The notes under the pieces are model-generated. The model saw nothing but the letters and a program-made list of their open reading frames with translations, did not search any database and was not told the origin of the DNA. Of a DNA stretch of 64,000 bases, positions 19,959-30,055 are shown piece by piece. The stretch spans positions 37,285-101,284 of the forward strand of contig JBOEGD010000015.1 in NCBI GenBank assembly GCA_050633245.1. The letters run 5' to 3'. A program made the translations under genes and the position numbers. Source of the DNA: Calditrichia bacterium. GTDB taxonomy: Bacteria; Calditrichota; Calditrichia; RBG-13-44-9; J075. Positions within the stretch are counted from its first letter, which is position 1; each line of letters opens with the position of its first letter.

Positions 19959-21158
19959 TTAAGAGGCAATATTTAAAATCCAGCCGCTCAGAAATTCCAG
20001 GTAATTATGAACTATCCACCCTGATTCCGGATCGATTAGCGCGTGCCCTGTATTCGGATACAGCTTCACTTGTGAAGCTGAATCATCCGATACGTTAACA
20101 ATTTCAGAGAACCGTTTACTGCTTCCTTCTGCCCATACCTGGGTATCATTTTCTCCAAGGATCATCAGTGCCGGCTTCCCAACAGGCCAATGGGTCAATG
20201 GATCGTAGTCTTTATTTTGTTTCCACCAGAATTTTCTGGTCCGCGTTACTCGATACGAAAATAGTGGAGCTACCAAGGATGCAATAAAATCAGGCGCTCC
20301 GGATGCTATGATATCCGATTTTATCTCATAATTTAACTGCTGATATGGCGTAAAAGCGCTCGAGGAAACTACAATACAGAACGCTATCGTGTTAGAGTTT
20401 GATGCCGCCAGCGGGGCAATCCATCCACCCTGGCTGAAGCCGACGAATCCGATCTTTCCTTGCGCATGACCATTAAGCTTAAGATAGTCCACTGCCGCCA
20501 GGGCATCTTCGCTAAAACTTTTAAAACTGCTGGTCTTCCAATTACCCTCCGATTTTCCGCAGCCTCGTTTATCCGGCAGAAGTACTGCAATTCCCTGCTT
20601 TGCTAAGAAATCTGCCTGATACAGATACCAGAAGCTATCGCGATCGCTTGTGCCGGAGCCGTGTAGCAAAACAACAACCGGATGTGGTTTTGTAGAAAGG
20701 GGTTTAAAAAGAGTTGCTGTTAGCTCTATACTGTCCGTGACATTGGTATAACGTATTTCCTGCTGGATGTAGTGCTGATCCGGGAGTCGCGTCATATAGC
20801 GAACCGTAGAGTCGGCAAGGGATAAGCTGCGGACAGTTCCTGCGGGATCGTATTGAAAACAGACGCGGGTAGAATAACTGGATCGCTGCCATTGGAAACA
20901 GGTATCCGACAGGGCAATTAGCGGCCTGCTGCGCAGCGGCTTGAAGCAGTTCATCAGTAATGCGGAATTCGCACTCCAGGTTATCATCCAATCGATATTG
21001 TTTTCATCACGGTACCAGCCAATCTTGTCTTCCAACAAATACGATTGCTGATCGCTCACTCTGTTGTTCGTGGGGGCAACGTCTTCTCCCGGGAAGAAAA
21101 TAAGCCATCCCCCCATTAACAAAATACCTGCAAGCAGTATGGTCAGAATTCGTTTTAT
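19959..21158 (-). CDS. Alpha/beta hydrolase (S9/S15-like peptidase), membrane-anchored; start codon uncertain
   Basis: 'LLHGSG', 'DKRGCGKS', GFSQG nucleophile elbow, 'GEND', 'GH'. The best RBS-spaced start is ATA at 21158 (IKRILTILLAG). The ORF-track start 21299 lies upstream of the promoter. Confidence 0.8.
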   Translation of the reverse strand: MKRILTILLAGILLMGGWLIFFPGEDVAPTNNRVSDQQSYLLEDKIGWYRDENNIDWMITWSANSALLMNCFKPLRSRPLIALSDTCFQWQRSSYSTRVCFQYDPAGTVRSLSLADSTVRYMTRLPDQHYIQQEIRYTNVTDSIELTATLFKPLSTKPHPVVVLLHGSGTSDRDSFWYLYQADFLAKQGIAVLLPDKRGCGKSEGNWKTSSFKSFSEDALAAVDYLKLNGHAQGKIGFVGFSQGGWIAPLAASNSNTIAFCIVVSSSAFTPYQQLNYEIKSDIIASGAPDFIASLVAPLFSYRVTRTRKFWWKQNKDYDPLTHWPVGKPALMILGENDTQVWAEGSSKRFSEIVNVSDDSASQVKLYPNTGHALIDPESGWIVHNYLEFLSGWILNIAS

Positions 21159-21233
21159 TTGCTCATCTCCCCTTGCTTCATAGTTAAGTACCCGAAAACA
21201 CCACATCTCAGTAAAAAGATGAATCAGAAAATC

Positions 21234-21284
21234 TACTAACAGTTTAGTTTTTACTAATCTATTAGTAAAAACCAAACTTGTCAA
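21234..21284 (-). promoter_or_regulatory. Sigma70 promoter TTGACA-17-TAGATT overlapped by an 18-bp-arm inverted repeat operator
   Basis: -35 at 21284-21279 and -10 at 21261-21256. Inverted repeat AGTTTAGTTTTTACTAAT-CT-ATTAGTAAAAACCAAACT (21241-21278, 1 mismatch). Confidence 0.7.
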
Positions 21285-21363
21285 TATTTTTATGGGCATG
21301 ACTGGGGATTTTGTAATCGGACCTCATTACAAAGAGTTTTTCAGTAGCGCATCATTTTTATAT

Positions 21364-22335
21364 CTACCGGACAATCCAGTTAAAAACATCTGACAGAACG
21401 TTCTCTGCCGGGGAATTCTCACCATCCTTTAAAATTAAATGGGTTACATTAGGATAGGCTGTCCAGCGAAAGGCGGTTTGACCGCTGGCGATTTGTTGCC
21501 ATGCAGTTTTGTTTTTGTTCAGAGTTCCCAGTGGAAAATTTTCATCACTGCATCCCTGCAGGATAAATGCCGGAACACCGCTTGCTTGTAAAACACTGTC
21601 GGCTTTTTCACTATAGAGCATCCATTCCTGCCAATAGGATTCCCCTGCTCCCAAAATCGCTCCACCAACCGGGAATTGGCCGCTTCGTATCAGGCCAAAT
21701 GCCAACTGCACGTCATTGACTACCGTCTCTGATACATTAGGATTTGCTCTTAATTGTTCAACGACCAGCGTATCAATGGCAATTGCCGGTGCTGCCAGAA
21801 TTACAAGCCCAGCGATATTACTCAATCGGCCGGCGGCAACCGGGACAATATTTCCGCCTTCACTATGACCGATCAGAAAAATATTTTGTGAATCCAAATC
21901 GGTTTGGTTACGCAAAAAATTTACTGCAGCAACAATATCGGATATCTGATCCTCCTGAGAGAGCTGTAGGGGATCTAAATTCGAATAGGTAATAAAGCGT
22001 TTATCATAACGAAGTACAGCTACATCCTGTGAAACTAAATCATCCGCCCAGAACTTATATATTGCAGGCATGGTACCGGATCCTCCCTGCACTATTCCGT
22101 CGCGGTCAACGGGGCCGGAGCCCGGTACGATTACTACAGCAGCACGGGGTTGATTAAAGGGAGAATATAGCGTTCCCTCCAGCACCAGGCTATCTGGGGT
22201 AGGAAAGAAAACTTCCGACGACTGGTACTGGGTGTTCAGAGGAGGATCAACGGTTTCGGAGCAAGCAAAGAATATTAGAGGAATAATTACCCCTAGGATC
22301 AGTTTATTTGGATTGCTAAGCATGTCTAAGCTCAT
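21364..22335 (-). CDS. Alpha/beta hydrolase lipoprotein
   Basis: Lipobox FFAC; 'PGSGPVDRDG', 'LRYDKR', GHSEG, 'YPNVTH'. Confidence 0.88.
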   Translation of the reverse strand: MSLDMLSNPNKLILGVIIPLIFFACSETVDPPLNTQYQSSEVFFPTPDSLVLEGTLYSPFNQPRAAVVIVPGSGPVDRDGIVQGGSGTMPAIYKFWADDLVSQDVAVLRYDKRFITYSNLDPLQLSQEDQISDIVAAVNFLRNQTDLDSQNIFLIGHSEGGNIVPVAAGRLSNIAGLVILAAPAIAIDTLVVEQLRANPNVSETVVNDVQLAFGLIRSGQFPVGGAILGAGESYWQEWMLYSEKADSVLQASGVPAFILQGCSDENFPLGTLNKNKTAWQQIASGQTAFRWTAYPNVTHLILKDGENSPAENVLSDVFNWIVR

Positions 22336-22734
22336 CCTATTTTCCTTTATATAATTCTGTTTTGGTAAATATTACGCCTTGGAGTTTGCAAATTTCAAGT
22401 GCAAAATCGGGAAGCAGTATCTGTTCCGTGATCCTGTTCCAGCGCTTACACTTTGAATTATGTGAACCGGACTACAGTTTGAGCTTCTGGGTCTCTTTTG
22501 AGGTAGCAAGTGCTATTTGTGTATTGGTTCTAACGACACCTTTGATAGCTTTTAATTGGGTAAAGAAAATGGTAACTAAGTGGATTCATTTTGTTATTTT
22601 TAAGCATTACAGCCCAAGATGAAAAAGTACCTGATAAAGGCGATTAAAAGTTCAACCCTAGTTTGCATGAGAAAATAGACTGCGGCTTATTAGCAGAACA
22701 ATATCTGTTGGGTAGCAAACAAGAGAGGAGTAAA

Positions 22735-23913
22735 ATGTCCCGGCTAAGATTGCTGATTGCCATGTTGCTTTTTCATTCGCTGCTTCTTGCACAGGAGCAG
22801 GGAAACCAGACCCGGAAGGGGTTTAACATCACCGGAATCCCCGTGTTAAAATTCAATTCGGATGAAGGATTCGGCTATGGGGCAAGGGCGTCCATCTTCC
22901 ATCACGCTGATGGCGGATACAATCCATATTTCTTTTTAATCGATACTCAGGTATCTTTTACCACAGAAAGTCAGAAGGAAGTATTTGTATTCTTTGATTC
23001 ACCTTTTCTGCTCGGTGATGGCAATCGATTGACCGGTGAGGTCCGCTACCAGGATAACGATTTTACTCCCTACTACGGTTTGGGGCACCGATCTACATTT
23101 ATCGAAGCAATTGCAGATACCGAAGATCCCTCCTTCATCAATGAGGATTTCTATCGGTTTGGGCGCAAGCGCATTACCGCCTGGCTGGATTATCAGCGCA
23201 GTATGGGAACAGTTCGCGCCTTAGCCGGGTTCGGCATCAACCATACGGATGTTGACCTGCTGGCCGGCACAACGTTACTCGAACAGGACGATGCGGTTTC
23301 CGGCCGGGCAGGCGGCTTCACGAACTATATCAAACTGGGACTGGTTTATGATACCCGTGACTTTGAACCGGCGCCGAATCGAGGTTCCTGGATAGATGCT
23401 GTTTTCGCATGGTCGCATGAGGCAATCGCCAGCGGTTACAACTACCGACGCCTCACGCTTAACCAGCGACAATATATTTCTCTCTCGAAAAAGTTGGTAC
23501 TCGCCCAACGTCTTGCTTTCATAAATAGCTGGGGAGATATTCCATTTTACGAAACAGCTTTTATTGCCAGTACCTTCCGTATAGAAGAAGGCATCGGAGG
23601 TTCCAAAAGCGTCCGGGGAGTGTTGAAAAATCGCTTCCTAGGGCCTGTTGAAACGTTCGGCAACCTCGAATTACGATGGCGGTTAACAGATTTCAGCCTG
23701 ATCGGACAGAATTTCTTCCTGTCTCTCAATGCATTCTATGATGTTGGTGGAGCCTGGAATACGATTGAGGCCATTTCGCTGAATTCTATCCAGGCTGGTC
23801 AGGGAGGCGGTATAAACATTGGTTGGGACGAGAGCTTTATTATTTCCATTGACGCCGGCAGGGGTGAGGACACAGATTTTGCGCTGTATATTGGGGTGGG
23901 GTATTTGTTTTAA
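22735..23913 (+). CDS. Omp85/BamA-TamA family barrel-only outer membrane protein
   Basis: GAGGAG RBS; signal peptide; 'YDTRD', 'SVRG...NRF', 'FYDVG', C-terminal 'GYLF'; no POTRA domains. Confidence 0.85.
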   Translation: MSRLRLLIAMLLFHSLLLAQEQGNQTRKGFNITGIPVLKFNSDEGFGYGARASIFHHADGGYNPYFFLIDTQVSFTTESQKEVFVFFDSPFLLGDGNRLTGEVRYQDNDFTPYYGLGHRSTFIEAIADTEDPSFINEDFYRFGRKRITAWLDYQRSMGTVRALAGFGINHTDVDLLAGTTLLEQDDAVSGRAGGFTNYIKLGLVYDTRDFEPAPNRGSWIDAVFAWSHEAIASGYNYRRLTLNQRQYISLSKKLVLAQRLAFINSWGDIPFYETAFIASTFRIEEGIGGSKSVRGVLKNRFLGPVETFGNLELRWRLTDFSLIGQNFFLSLNAFYDVGGAWNTIEAISLNSIQAGQGGGINIGWDESFIISIDAGRGEDTDFALYIGVGYLF

Positions 23914-23924
23914 GGTTGGATTCA

Positions 23925-24110
23925 AACACTATCAGCTAAATCGACTCTGTTCGTGCAGTCGGCGTTTATTACATAAATCGTACGGCCGTCTTTAACGGCA
24001 ACTTGCTAACCATCAGGGCTCCATCGTGCAAAGCCTCCCATGCCCAAGTCTGTGTACTCGGCCTCACCAAGCTGATGCACGCGAACGCTGTTGTCTTTGA
24101 CACAGAACAT
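23925..24110 (-). pseudogene. Relic of a paralog of the TolB-like gene at 18394-19263 (N-terminal part)
   Basis: Translates KDNSVRVHQLGEAEYTDLGMGGFARWSPDG*QVAVKDGRTIYVINADCTNRVDL versus intact KDNRVRAHQLDNPEYTELGRGDFARWSPNGNQVAVKDGSTIYVVNADGTNRIDL. In-frame stop at 24006-24008. Confidence 0.85.
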
Positions 24111-24278
24111 CTAATAGCGGGAATGCCTCGCAATGAGTGTATTTTCCAAGACTGCATGACAATAAGTATACATCCCTTAATGCACTGAATATATTGGCGT
24201 GATAATTCGCTTCAATCAACAACTCACAGTGGCAGTTCATGGAGCAAATTGCACCGGGGACCGTGTTTTATCTATAAC

Positions 24279-24312
24279 AAGCTAACCCGATAGAACGCTA
24301 CCGGATTAGCTT
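24279..24312 (-). terminator. Putative terminator hairpin
   Basis: AAGCTAAcCCGaTAG-aacg-CTAcCGGaTTAGCTT, ~30 nt after the stop at 24343. Confidence 0.55.
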
Positions 24313-24342
24313 TGGGGTTTATTTTAGTCCTGAATATTAAAT

Positions 24343-26199
24343 TTACTTCAGAAGCACCATGGTCTTGGTTTGAGTAAGTTCACCGACCTCGAACTTATAT
24401 ATATACGTTCCACTACTTACCGATTCCCCATTAGTATTTGTACCGTCCCAAAAAGCAGTTTGTAACCCGGCTGTTTGTGTTTCATCCACCAGAGTTCGTA
24501 TTTCCTGACCAATCATATTAAAAATTTTTACAACAACATATGTTCTTTCGGGCAGGTTATAGCGAATCGTCGTGCCGGGGTTAAATGGATTAGGATAATT
24601 TGATAAAAGCTCGAACTCCGCAACGGGTGAGTCGGTACCGGACTTTGAACCACCAGAGCTGCAATTTGACTGCGGGCAAGTAGATTGGTTGCAGAATTTC
24701 ACAATTATGGGCGTACCACTTACCGGTATATCGTCACTGGGAACTTTACAATCGGCAATTAAATCCGGTAGACCAGTGCTCGTTAATGCAGTTACGATAT
24801 GGGTCACCTCAACGTGAGATGTCGCTCCCGTCTCGTTCGACAGATCTACGCTGGGTTCCCCGGAACTCACATCATCCCATAAAACATAATGATTTACACC
24901 ACCCACGGTAAACTTATACTGCCCCTCTGCCATTTCAGAAAGTGCAGTATAGCCCGCAAATCGCTCAGCTATTAATTTAAAAGTATGGTAAGCGGGACGC
25001 TTCAGTGCTGTACTGTTGATGCTGCCAGCTTGTCCTTCGACCATCAATGAAACCCAGGAACCAAACTCGTCGGGATCTTCTCTATGCAAGCTATGCCACA
25101 TAACAGATTCGATGTCGACGTCGGAATCTTCTTCCTCTTCTGCCAAAAGAATTGCATAGCGTTTTACAACGCGTTCCGCCTGCAGTTTGTAAAACGTCGC
25201 ATGCGTATAGCAGTCTTCACGGGTGCCGTTGGGATCGCAAAAAATAGGGAAACAGCCTCTTCCTCCCAACTCCCCATGGCAATAAGCCATTGCCGGGCCG
25301 CTTGATGAAATACAATCCGCATTGCTGATACAGTTGCCCATTTTGTAATTCTGGGAGCTAACATCCCAGTTTCTCAAGTCTATACTCCCTGCTTCGGTGA
25401 CCCAAATAGGCTTAATACTGCTAAGCCCCATTGAATCCACTTGTCCAATGAAATATGTAAAGTCAGCATCCATATCCTCATACTCACCATAAAAGTGTAG
25501 GTCAATAGCATCGTAATATGAATGCCCGTTAATCAGCGTATACGAAAGAAAATCAACTTCATCGTGCCCGGCATCGTAATCGACTGAATTCGGACAAAAC
25601 TCGAGACCAAAACTGGCGAATAAATCTTCCTTTGCAAGACCAAAAGGGATGCCCGCGAGCACAATTTCCGGAGGGTGCTGGAAGGTGCTGATGGTATTGG
25701 AAACTTCTTCCAAAAGGCATACATATCCCTCACCACCGGTGTCATCCCATACCCCTTTGGAGGAACCACCATAAACTTCGTTCTCTAACTGCAGGTATTT
25801 AATATCATCGCCAACAAGGTCGAACAGATCTTCTATATCGTCCATATAGTCATCCATAGTCGTGCCCAATGGAAAGCTTTCGTATCTCAATGTTAGCATA
25901 ACTTCCAGCCCCTCTTTCGAGGCTTCATCAGCAAAGTCCTCTACAATCGAAATCCAGTTAGAGACGTAGCGAGCATGCTTGGGGTTTGGAAATACATCGT
26001 ATCGGATAATCGAAGCCTCTGCAGATGCAGCGATAGTCAACTGCTCCTCATCATCTGCCGATATGAAGCTGTTTATCGGCTGTAGATGGAGTCCGAAGCG
26101 GTTTGACGATTGTGAGTGCAGCGACGAAAAAAATGAAAAACTCATCAGAATAAAGACGGACATTAAAAGTCGACGCATCAAATAAGAAAATCGTATCAT
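24343..26199 (-). CDS. Secreted GH-A clan-like glycoside hydrolase (TIM barrel) with FlgD-Ig/T9SS-like C-terminal domain
   Basis: 'LQLENEV' (NE acid/base), 'DAIDLHFY', 'PIWVTEAG' (nucleophile), 'KRPAYHTF'; Cys-rich insert; 'NYPNPFNPGTTI' tail. Confidence 0.7.
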   Translation of the reverse strand: MIRFSYLMRRLLMSVFILMSFSFFSSLHSQSSNRFGLHLQPINSFISADDEEQLTIAASAEASIIRYDVFPNPKHARYVSNWISIVEDFADEASKEGLEVMLTLRYESFPLGTTMDDYMDDIEDLFDLVGDDIKYLQLENEVYGGSSKGVWDDTGGEGYVCLLEEVSNTISTFQHPPEIVLAGIPFGLAKEDLFASFGLEFCPNSVDYDAGHDEVDFLSYTLINGHSYYDAIDLHFYGEYEDMDADFTYFIGQVDSMGLSSIKPIWVTEAGSIDLRNWDVSSQNYKMGNCISNADCISSSGPAMAYCHGELGGRGCFPIFCDPNGTREDCYTHATFYKLQAERVVKRYAILLAEEEEDSDVDIESVMWHSLHREDPDEFGSWVSLMVEGQAGSINSTALKRPAYHTFKLIAERFAGYTALSEMAEGQYKFTVGGVNHYVLWDDVSSGEPSVDLSNETGATSHVEVTHIVTALTSTGLPDLIADCKVPSDDIPVSGTPIIVKFCNQSTCPQSNCSSGGSKSGTDSPVAEFELLSNYPNPFNPGTTIRYNLPERTYVVVKIFNMIGQEIRTLVDETQTAGLQTAFWDGTNTNGESVSSGTYIYKFEVGELTQTKTMVLLK

Positions 26200-27003
26200 G
26201 TTACCCTTCCTATGCTTTTGATTAGCTCTTTCTACGGCAACTGCATGCGATCAGCAGCATTCATTGCATGCTGTTGATGACACAGTATTTACCCGGAGAG
26301 ATTATTTACAAAACACAGTGAACATTAAATACAATTGGATTTACCTCTAAAAAGAAGTAATCAGAACGCGTTGGTCAGCAGCATAGTTATCAACTCTTGA
26401 CAAAAACACCTTTAAATCGCTTGCCTGTATTACCATGCGTGAGTAGAACCACTATGTGAGGATATTGCCTCAGCTTAAGTCCGGTACAGGTTCAATTGCA
26501 AAGAGAGGATAACATCTGAGCTCAATGGGGGAGTGAATATTGATTCATTATAATAAGAAAATATCAACAAAGCCAGAAATTTTGAACTGGAGTGTTATGA
26601 ATAGGTAAAAAAGCTCAAAAAGACTTCAAGTGTTTGTAAACCAATCCCTCCTGCAATGAATCAATTCACTAACATGATCAGGCAGATTCTTCTCTCTGGT
26701 GGTTTGTCTAAATTGCAGAACTCGAAGTTTTCACCCAGCGAATCACGACAAGGACCGAAAGCATCCGCTGGTTTTGGGATAACTGCTGAGGGCCAATTTC
26801 GGTTGAGCCTGCTTGTGGTAACCATTTGCGGTAAACAATGGGATAATTAGAATCCAATCACCATCAACATGCCCGGTTTTTCTACAACTCAGATTATCTT
26901 AGAAATAGCATCCAGTACGAGGATTGGAAAGGATCTGTCTTCAACTGATATAAATACGCACCATTCGGCAAATCTTTTTGCGTCGAATACTATACGATGC
27001 GTA

Positions 27004-27103
27004 CCAGCAGAGCAATTATCATCAGTTCGATATGCGTGCGGGTTTCAAGGTCGATGGCGCACAGAATTTGTCCATCCTGGCAGACCATTGCCCACTGCTG
27101 GGC
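27004..27103 (-). pseudogene. Second relic of the TolB-like paralog (central part)
   Basis: VCQDGQILCAIDLETRTHIE/DDNCSAG (frameshifted) versus intact VCRDGHILRAIDLDTRTHIEYQDDNCSAG. Confidence 0.8.
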
Positions 27104-27377
27104 TGTAATACCTCAAATGCTTTTTTAAAGGCTAGCTACCGAAATCAGTTTATCCCTAGCCGATAGCACCTAAAACTCTGGAACAATAACTTCCAACGAA
27201 GCCCCGCTATGATTTGTGGAGCAACAACAGTATCTGCGGTAACATATTGAAGTAGTCTATATTCCTTAAGCTGATGTGCACTGGTTCGTTCATTTAAAAG
27301 TGCCCTCTTAAATTTTGCTAAATGCTCCTGACGAACCAGTAAAATGACGGCTTACAATGTTGTGGTGCACCAGCCCC

Positions 27378-28547
27378 TCACTGCTTTCCTTTACTATCCG
27401 TTTTTATAAGTAGAACAGTACCATTGGATTGGTCAAAATTTTGCGTATGCCCCGTTAATATGAACCCTCCGTCACTTGTCTCTCTTACCGTATAGCCGAA
27501 CTCAACTCTGTCAGGTGTTCCATAATTATTTGTCCACAGCTGCTCGCCCTGACTATCTGTCTTAAGTAAGTATAAATCCGCGTGGTTGGCTGTGAAGCCT
27601 ACAACAACATATTCACCATCTGAGGTCTGATACCCTTTTATGCCTCGTTCATCCGCATCTTCTCCATAGACCTTACTCCATTCTTCTCCTCCATCAGCAT
27701 CGGTTTTGATTAGGTAGACATCTAGCGTGCCATTTGATGTAAAACTTTTTCCATAACCGGTTATGATATACCCTCCATCATTTGTCAGTGCTACGGAATG
27801 CCCCACATCGTAAGCATCACCGCCAAAAGTTTTAAACCACTCCATTTTACCTGAAGCATTTGTTTTGAGTAGATAGACATCACGGTCTTGCGAGTTGATG
27901 CTGGTAAAGCTATAGCTGATACCGACGGCAACATATCCACCATCCGGAGTTTGCTGCACCGAAAAGACGCGATCCGTTTTGCCACCGCCGTAGAACGTTT
28001 TCCATTCTTCGTTACCATATGAATCAGTTTTGATCAGGTAGGCGTCAATTTCACCGTTTCCGATACCGTTTGTCTGAGCGGCAATTATAAATCCACCGTC
28101 CTTGGTTATTCGGACATCCCAACCATATTCATCACCTGTACTACCATAGGTTTTTGTCCAGAGCGTATCACCTGCTGCATCCGTCCGTATCAGATATATA
28201 TCCATTCCACCCGCACCGAAACTATCTGTGTAACCGACAAGAATAAATCCACCGCCGTTAATTTGTCGAACTGCCCAACCAAAGTCTGCTCCCGAACCAC
28301 CAAAGGATTTTGTCCAAAGTGTATCTCCAGATAAGTCAGTTCGGATTAATAATACGTCTTCATTGCTGACAGAATCTGCCGTCGTGTAACCCGTTATTAC
28401 AAAGCCACTTTCAATAATCTCTTCAACTGTCACTCCGCGATCAAACGGAGAAAGATCTATTTCTTCGAAAAACGTCGTTTGCGAAAACACACTGATTTTA
28501 AGTATGAGAACAAAGGTTAAAATGAGAATCGACCTGCTCAATTTCAT
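27378..28547 (-). CDS. Secreted beta-propeller repeat protein
   Basis: About 7 repeats of 'DxYLIKTDxxGxxxWxKTYGG..D.G..V.QT.DGGY'. Confidence 0.8.
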   Translation of the reverse strand: MKLSRSILILTFVLILKISVFSQTTFFEEIDLSPFDRGVTVEEIIESGFVITGYTTADSVSNEDVLLIRTDLSGDTLWTKSFGGSGADFGWAVRQINGGGFILVGYTDSFGAGGMDIYLIRTDAAGDTLWTKTYGSTGDEYGWDVRITKDGGFIIAAQTNGIGNGEIDAYLIKTDSYGNEEWKTFYGGGKTDRVFSVQQTPDGGYVAVGISYSFTSINSQDRDVYLLKTNASGKMEWFKTFGGDAYDVGHSVALTNDGGYIITGYGKSFTSNGTLDVYLIKTDADGGEEWSKVYGEDADERGIKGYQTSDGEYVVVGFTANHADLYLLKTDSQGEQLWTNNYGTPDRVEFGYTVRETSDGGFILTGHTQNFDQSNGTVLLIKTDSKGKQ

Positions 28548-28832
28548 AGTTTCAACTCCTGATTTCCTTGAGTAGTAATTTACTTCTTAATCTAAAATAC
28601 TCGATTTCATACAGGCACTCGCGATAATTGTACATGATACTCCTTTGTCTGATTCCAGTCTGATTCATTTTGCATCGTGAAACCAATGGGATCAGCTTGC
28701 AGACTCATAGCAGTCTTTGAATCATTAATGCCGATTTCTGACAGGATGTATTTCAATTCACGGTCTGGCTACATGCAGTAGCAGACGAATGGAGGCTATT
28801 GACATTTTAGCCTTTGTTGGCAACAGTTTTAT

Positions 28833-29894
28833 TTATTTTTCTGCCTCTTCTATTAAATCTATCAACCTCAAGTACTCGATAGCTCTTGAATTAATGGAGT
28901 CTTTTGTTAATGTTGTTCCAAAACTTTCTTCGGCTTCCTCAAAGTTGTTCAAGTACAAATTGGTAATGCCAACTTGATTCCATGTGCTTGCTTTTTCTGG
29001 AAATAGCATTTTGCGTTTTTCAAATATGGATAAAGCATTTTCGTACATTCCCCATGTATTTAGAGAATAACCAATTGTAGAGAGTATACCCGCAGATATT
29101 TCTCCCACTTTCTGGAGACTGTCAATCAGCGTTATTCCACTATCGATACCATTTAATTTAATATTATCAAGCACCAACTTTCGTACATTAGAAACCTCCC
29201 AATCATCGTATCTTTTTTGATAATCGGCTCTACGTGTATGAATATCAATTTCGATTTCCACTTCATCAGAAAGTTGAGTTACTCCTTTCTCCATAAAAGT
29301 ACTCCAAAAATCACCTCCAAAAATTCCAAAATCTTGACGGTTAATGGTAAACTTACCTGAAAAGTCGACTTGCTCCTCGCCCCCATAATCTAAACTTATC
29401 TTGGTCGGTTTTTCGAAAGGGATAGCAACTTCTTTCGTAACCCCTTTCATGGTAAAGTTTCCTGTCAATACAAATAATCCTTCGGGTTTTTCAGTCACCT
29501 TTTTACTTCGAAATGATATTTTAGGATATTTCGGTTCGTCAAACCAAGAATCTTCACTTATGAGGTCTTCGTCTCTTTGTTCATTGCCAGTATTTATACT
29601 ATTGACATCTATAAATAAACTAACGGATAAGCTTGAGATATCGGATTCGTTATAGAATATGGTTCCTTCGAAATCATTAAATCTTCCTCGAACCGGACTA
29701 TATCCAAAATATTTTATTTTGAAACCAATATAAGAGTGTTGGTCATCTATTAAGAAGTCTTTGCCGATATGAGAACGATAATTGAAATTTGAAATATTAT
29801 GTGGTTTAATTTCAAAGGAGTTCATTGAATCTGTTTTGCTATTATCACAAGAGAAAATTAATACTAAGATTAAAATGGGTATTACTTTTTTCAT
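28833..29894 (-). CDS. YceI-family lipoprotein with C-terminal TPR
   Basis: Lipobox IFSC; 'HSYIGFKI', 'VRGRFNDFEG', 'SINTGNEQRDEDL', 'INRQDFGI'; TPR tail. Confidence 0.88.
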   Translation of the reverse strand: MKKVIPILILVLIFSCDNSKTDSMNSFEIKPHNISNFNYRSHIGKDFLIDDQHSYIGFKIKYFGYSPVRGRFNDFEGTIFYNESDISSLSVSLFIDVNSINTGNEQRDEDLISEDSWFDEPKYPKISFRSKKVTEKPEGLFVLTGNFTMKGVTKEVAIPFEKPTKISLDYGGEEQVDFSGKFTINRQDFGIFGGDFWSTFMEKGVTQLSDEVEIEIDIHTRRADYQKRYDDWEVSNVRKLVLDNIKLNGIDSGITLIDSLQKVGEISAGILSTIGYSLNTWGMYENALSIFEKRKMLFPEKASTWNQVGITNLYLNNFEEAEESFGTTLTKDSINSRAIEYLRLIDLIEEAEK

Positions 29895-30055
29895 GATTAT
29901 TCTTTCTAATCGTTTTTATAACTGTTTCCAACAGCTTCTATTGTGACGCCGTTGAATTAAGAGCCTCCCATAAAACTTGTTACGGAAAAGATAAGTAAGA
30001 TGTGCAGGATAATCGTCCTGATTCCAGAACACGGACTATTTAGTGGAATTTATAT

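Noticed and set aside
22362-22622. 86-aa ORF (similarly 26656-27166, 34591-34821, 48848-49135, 57784-57987)
   Set aside because: No recognisable motif or RBS; several overlap promoters, relic fragments or the tRNA remnant.
30010-30037. GTCCG on the minus strand as another copy of the island promoter
   Set aside because: No TATAA at the required spacing; it forms a GTCC...GGAC dyad more likely bound by the adjacent AraC regulator.
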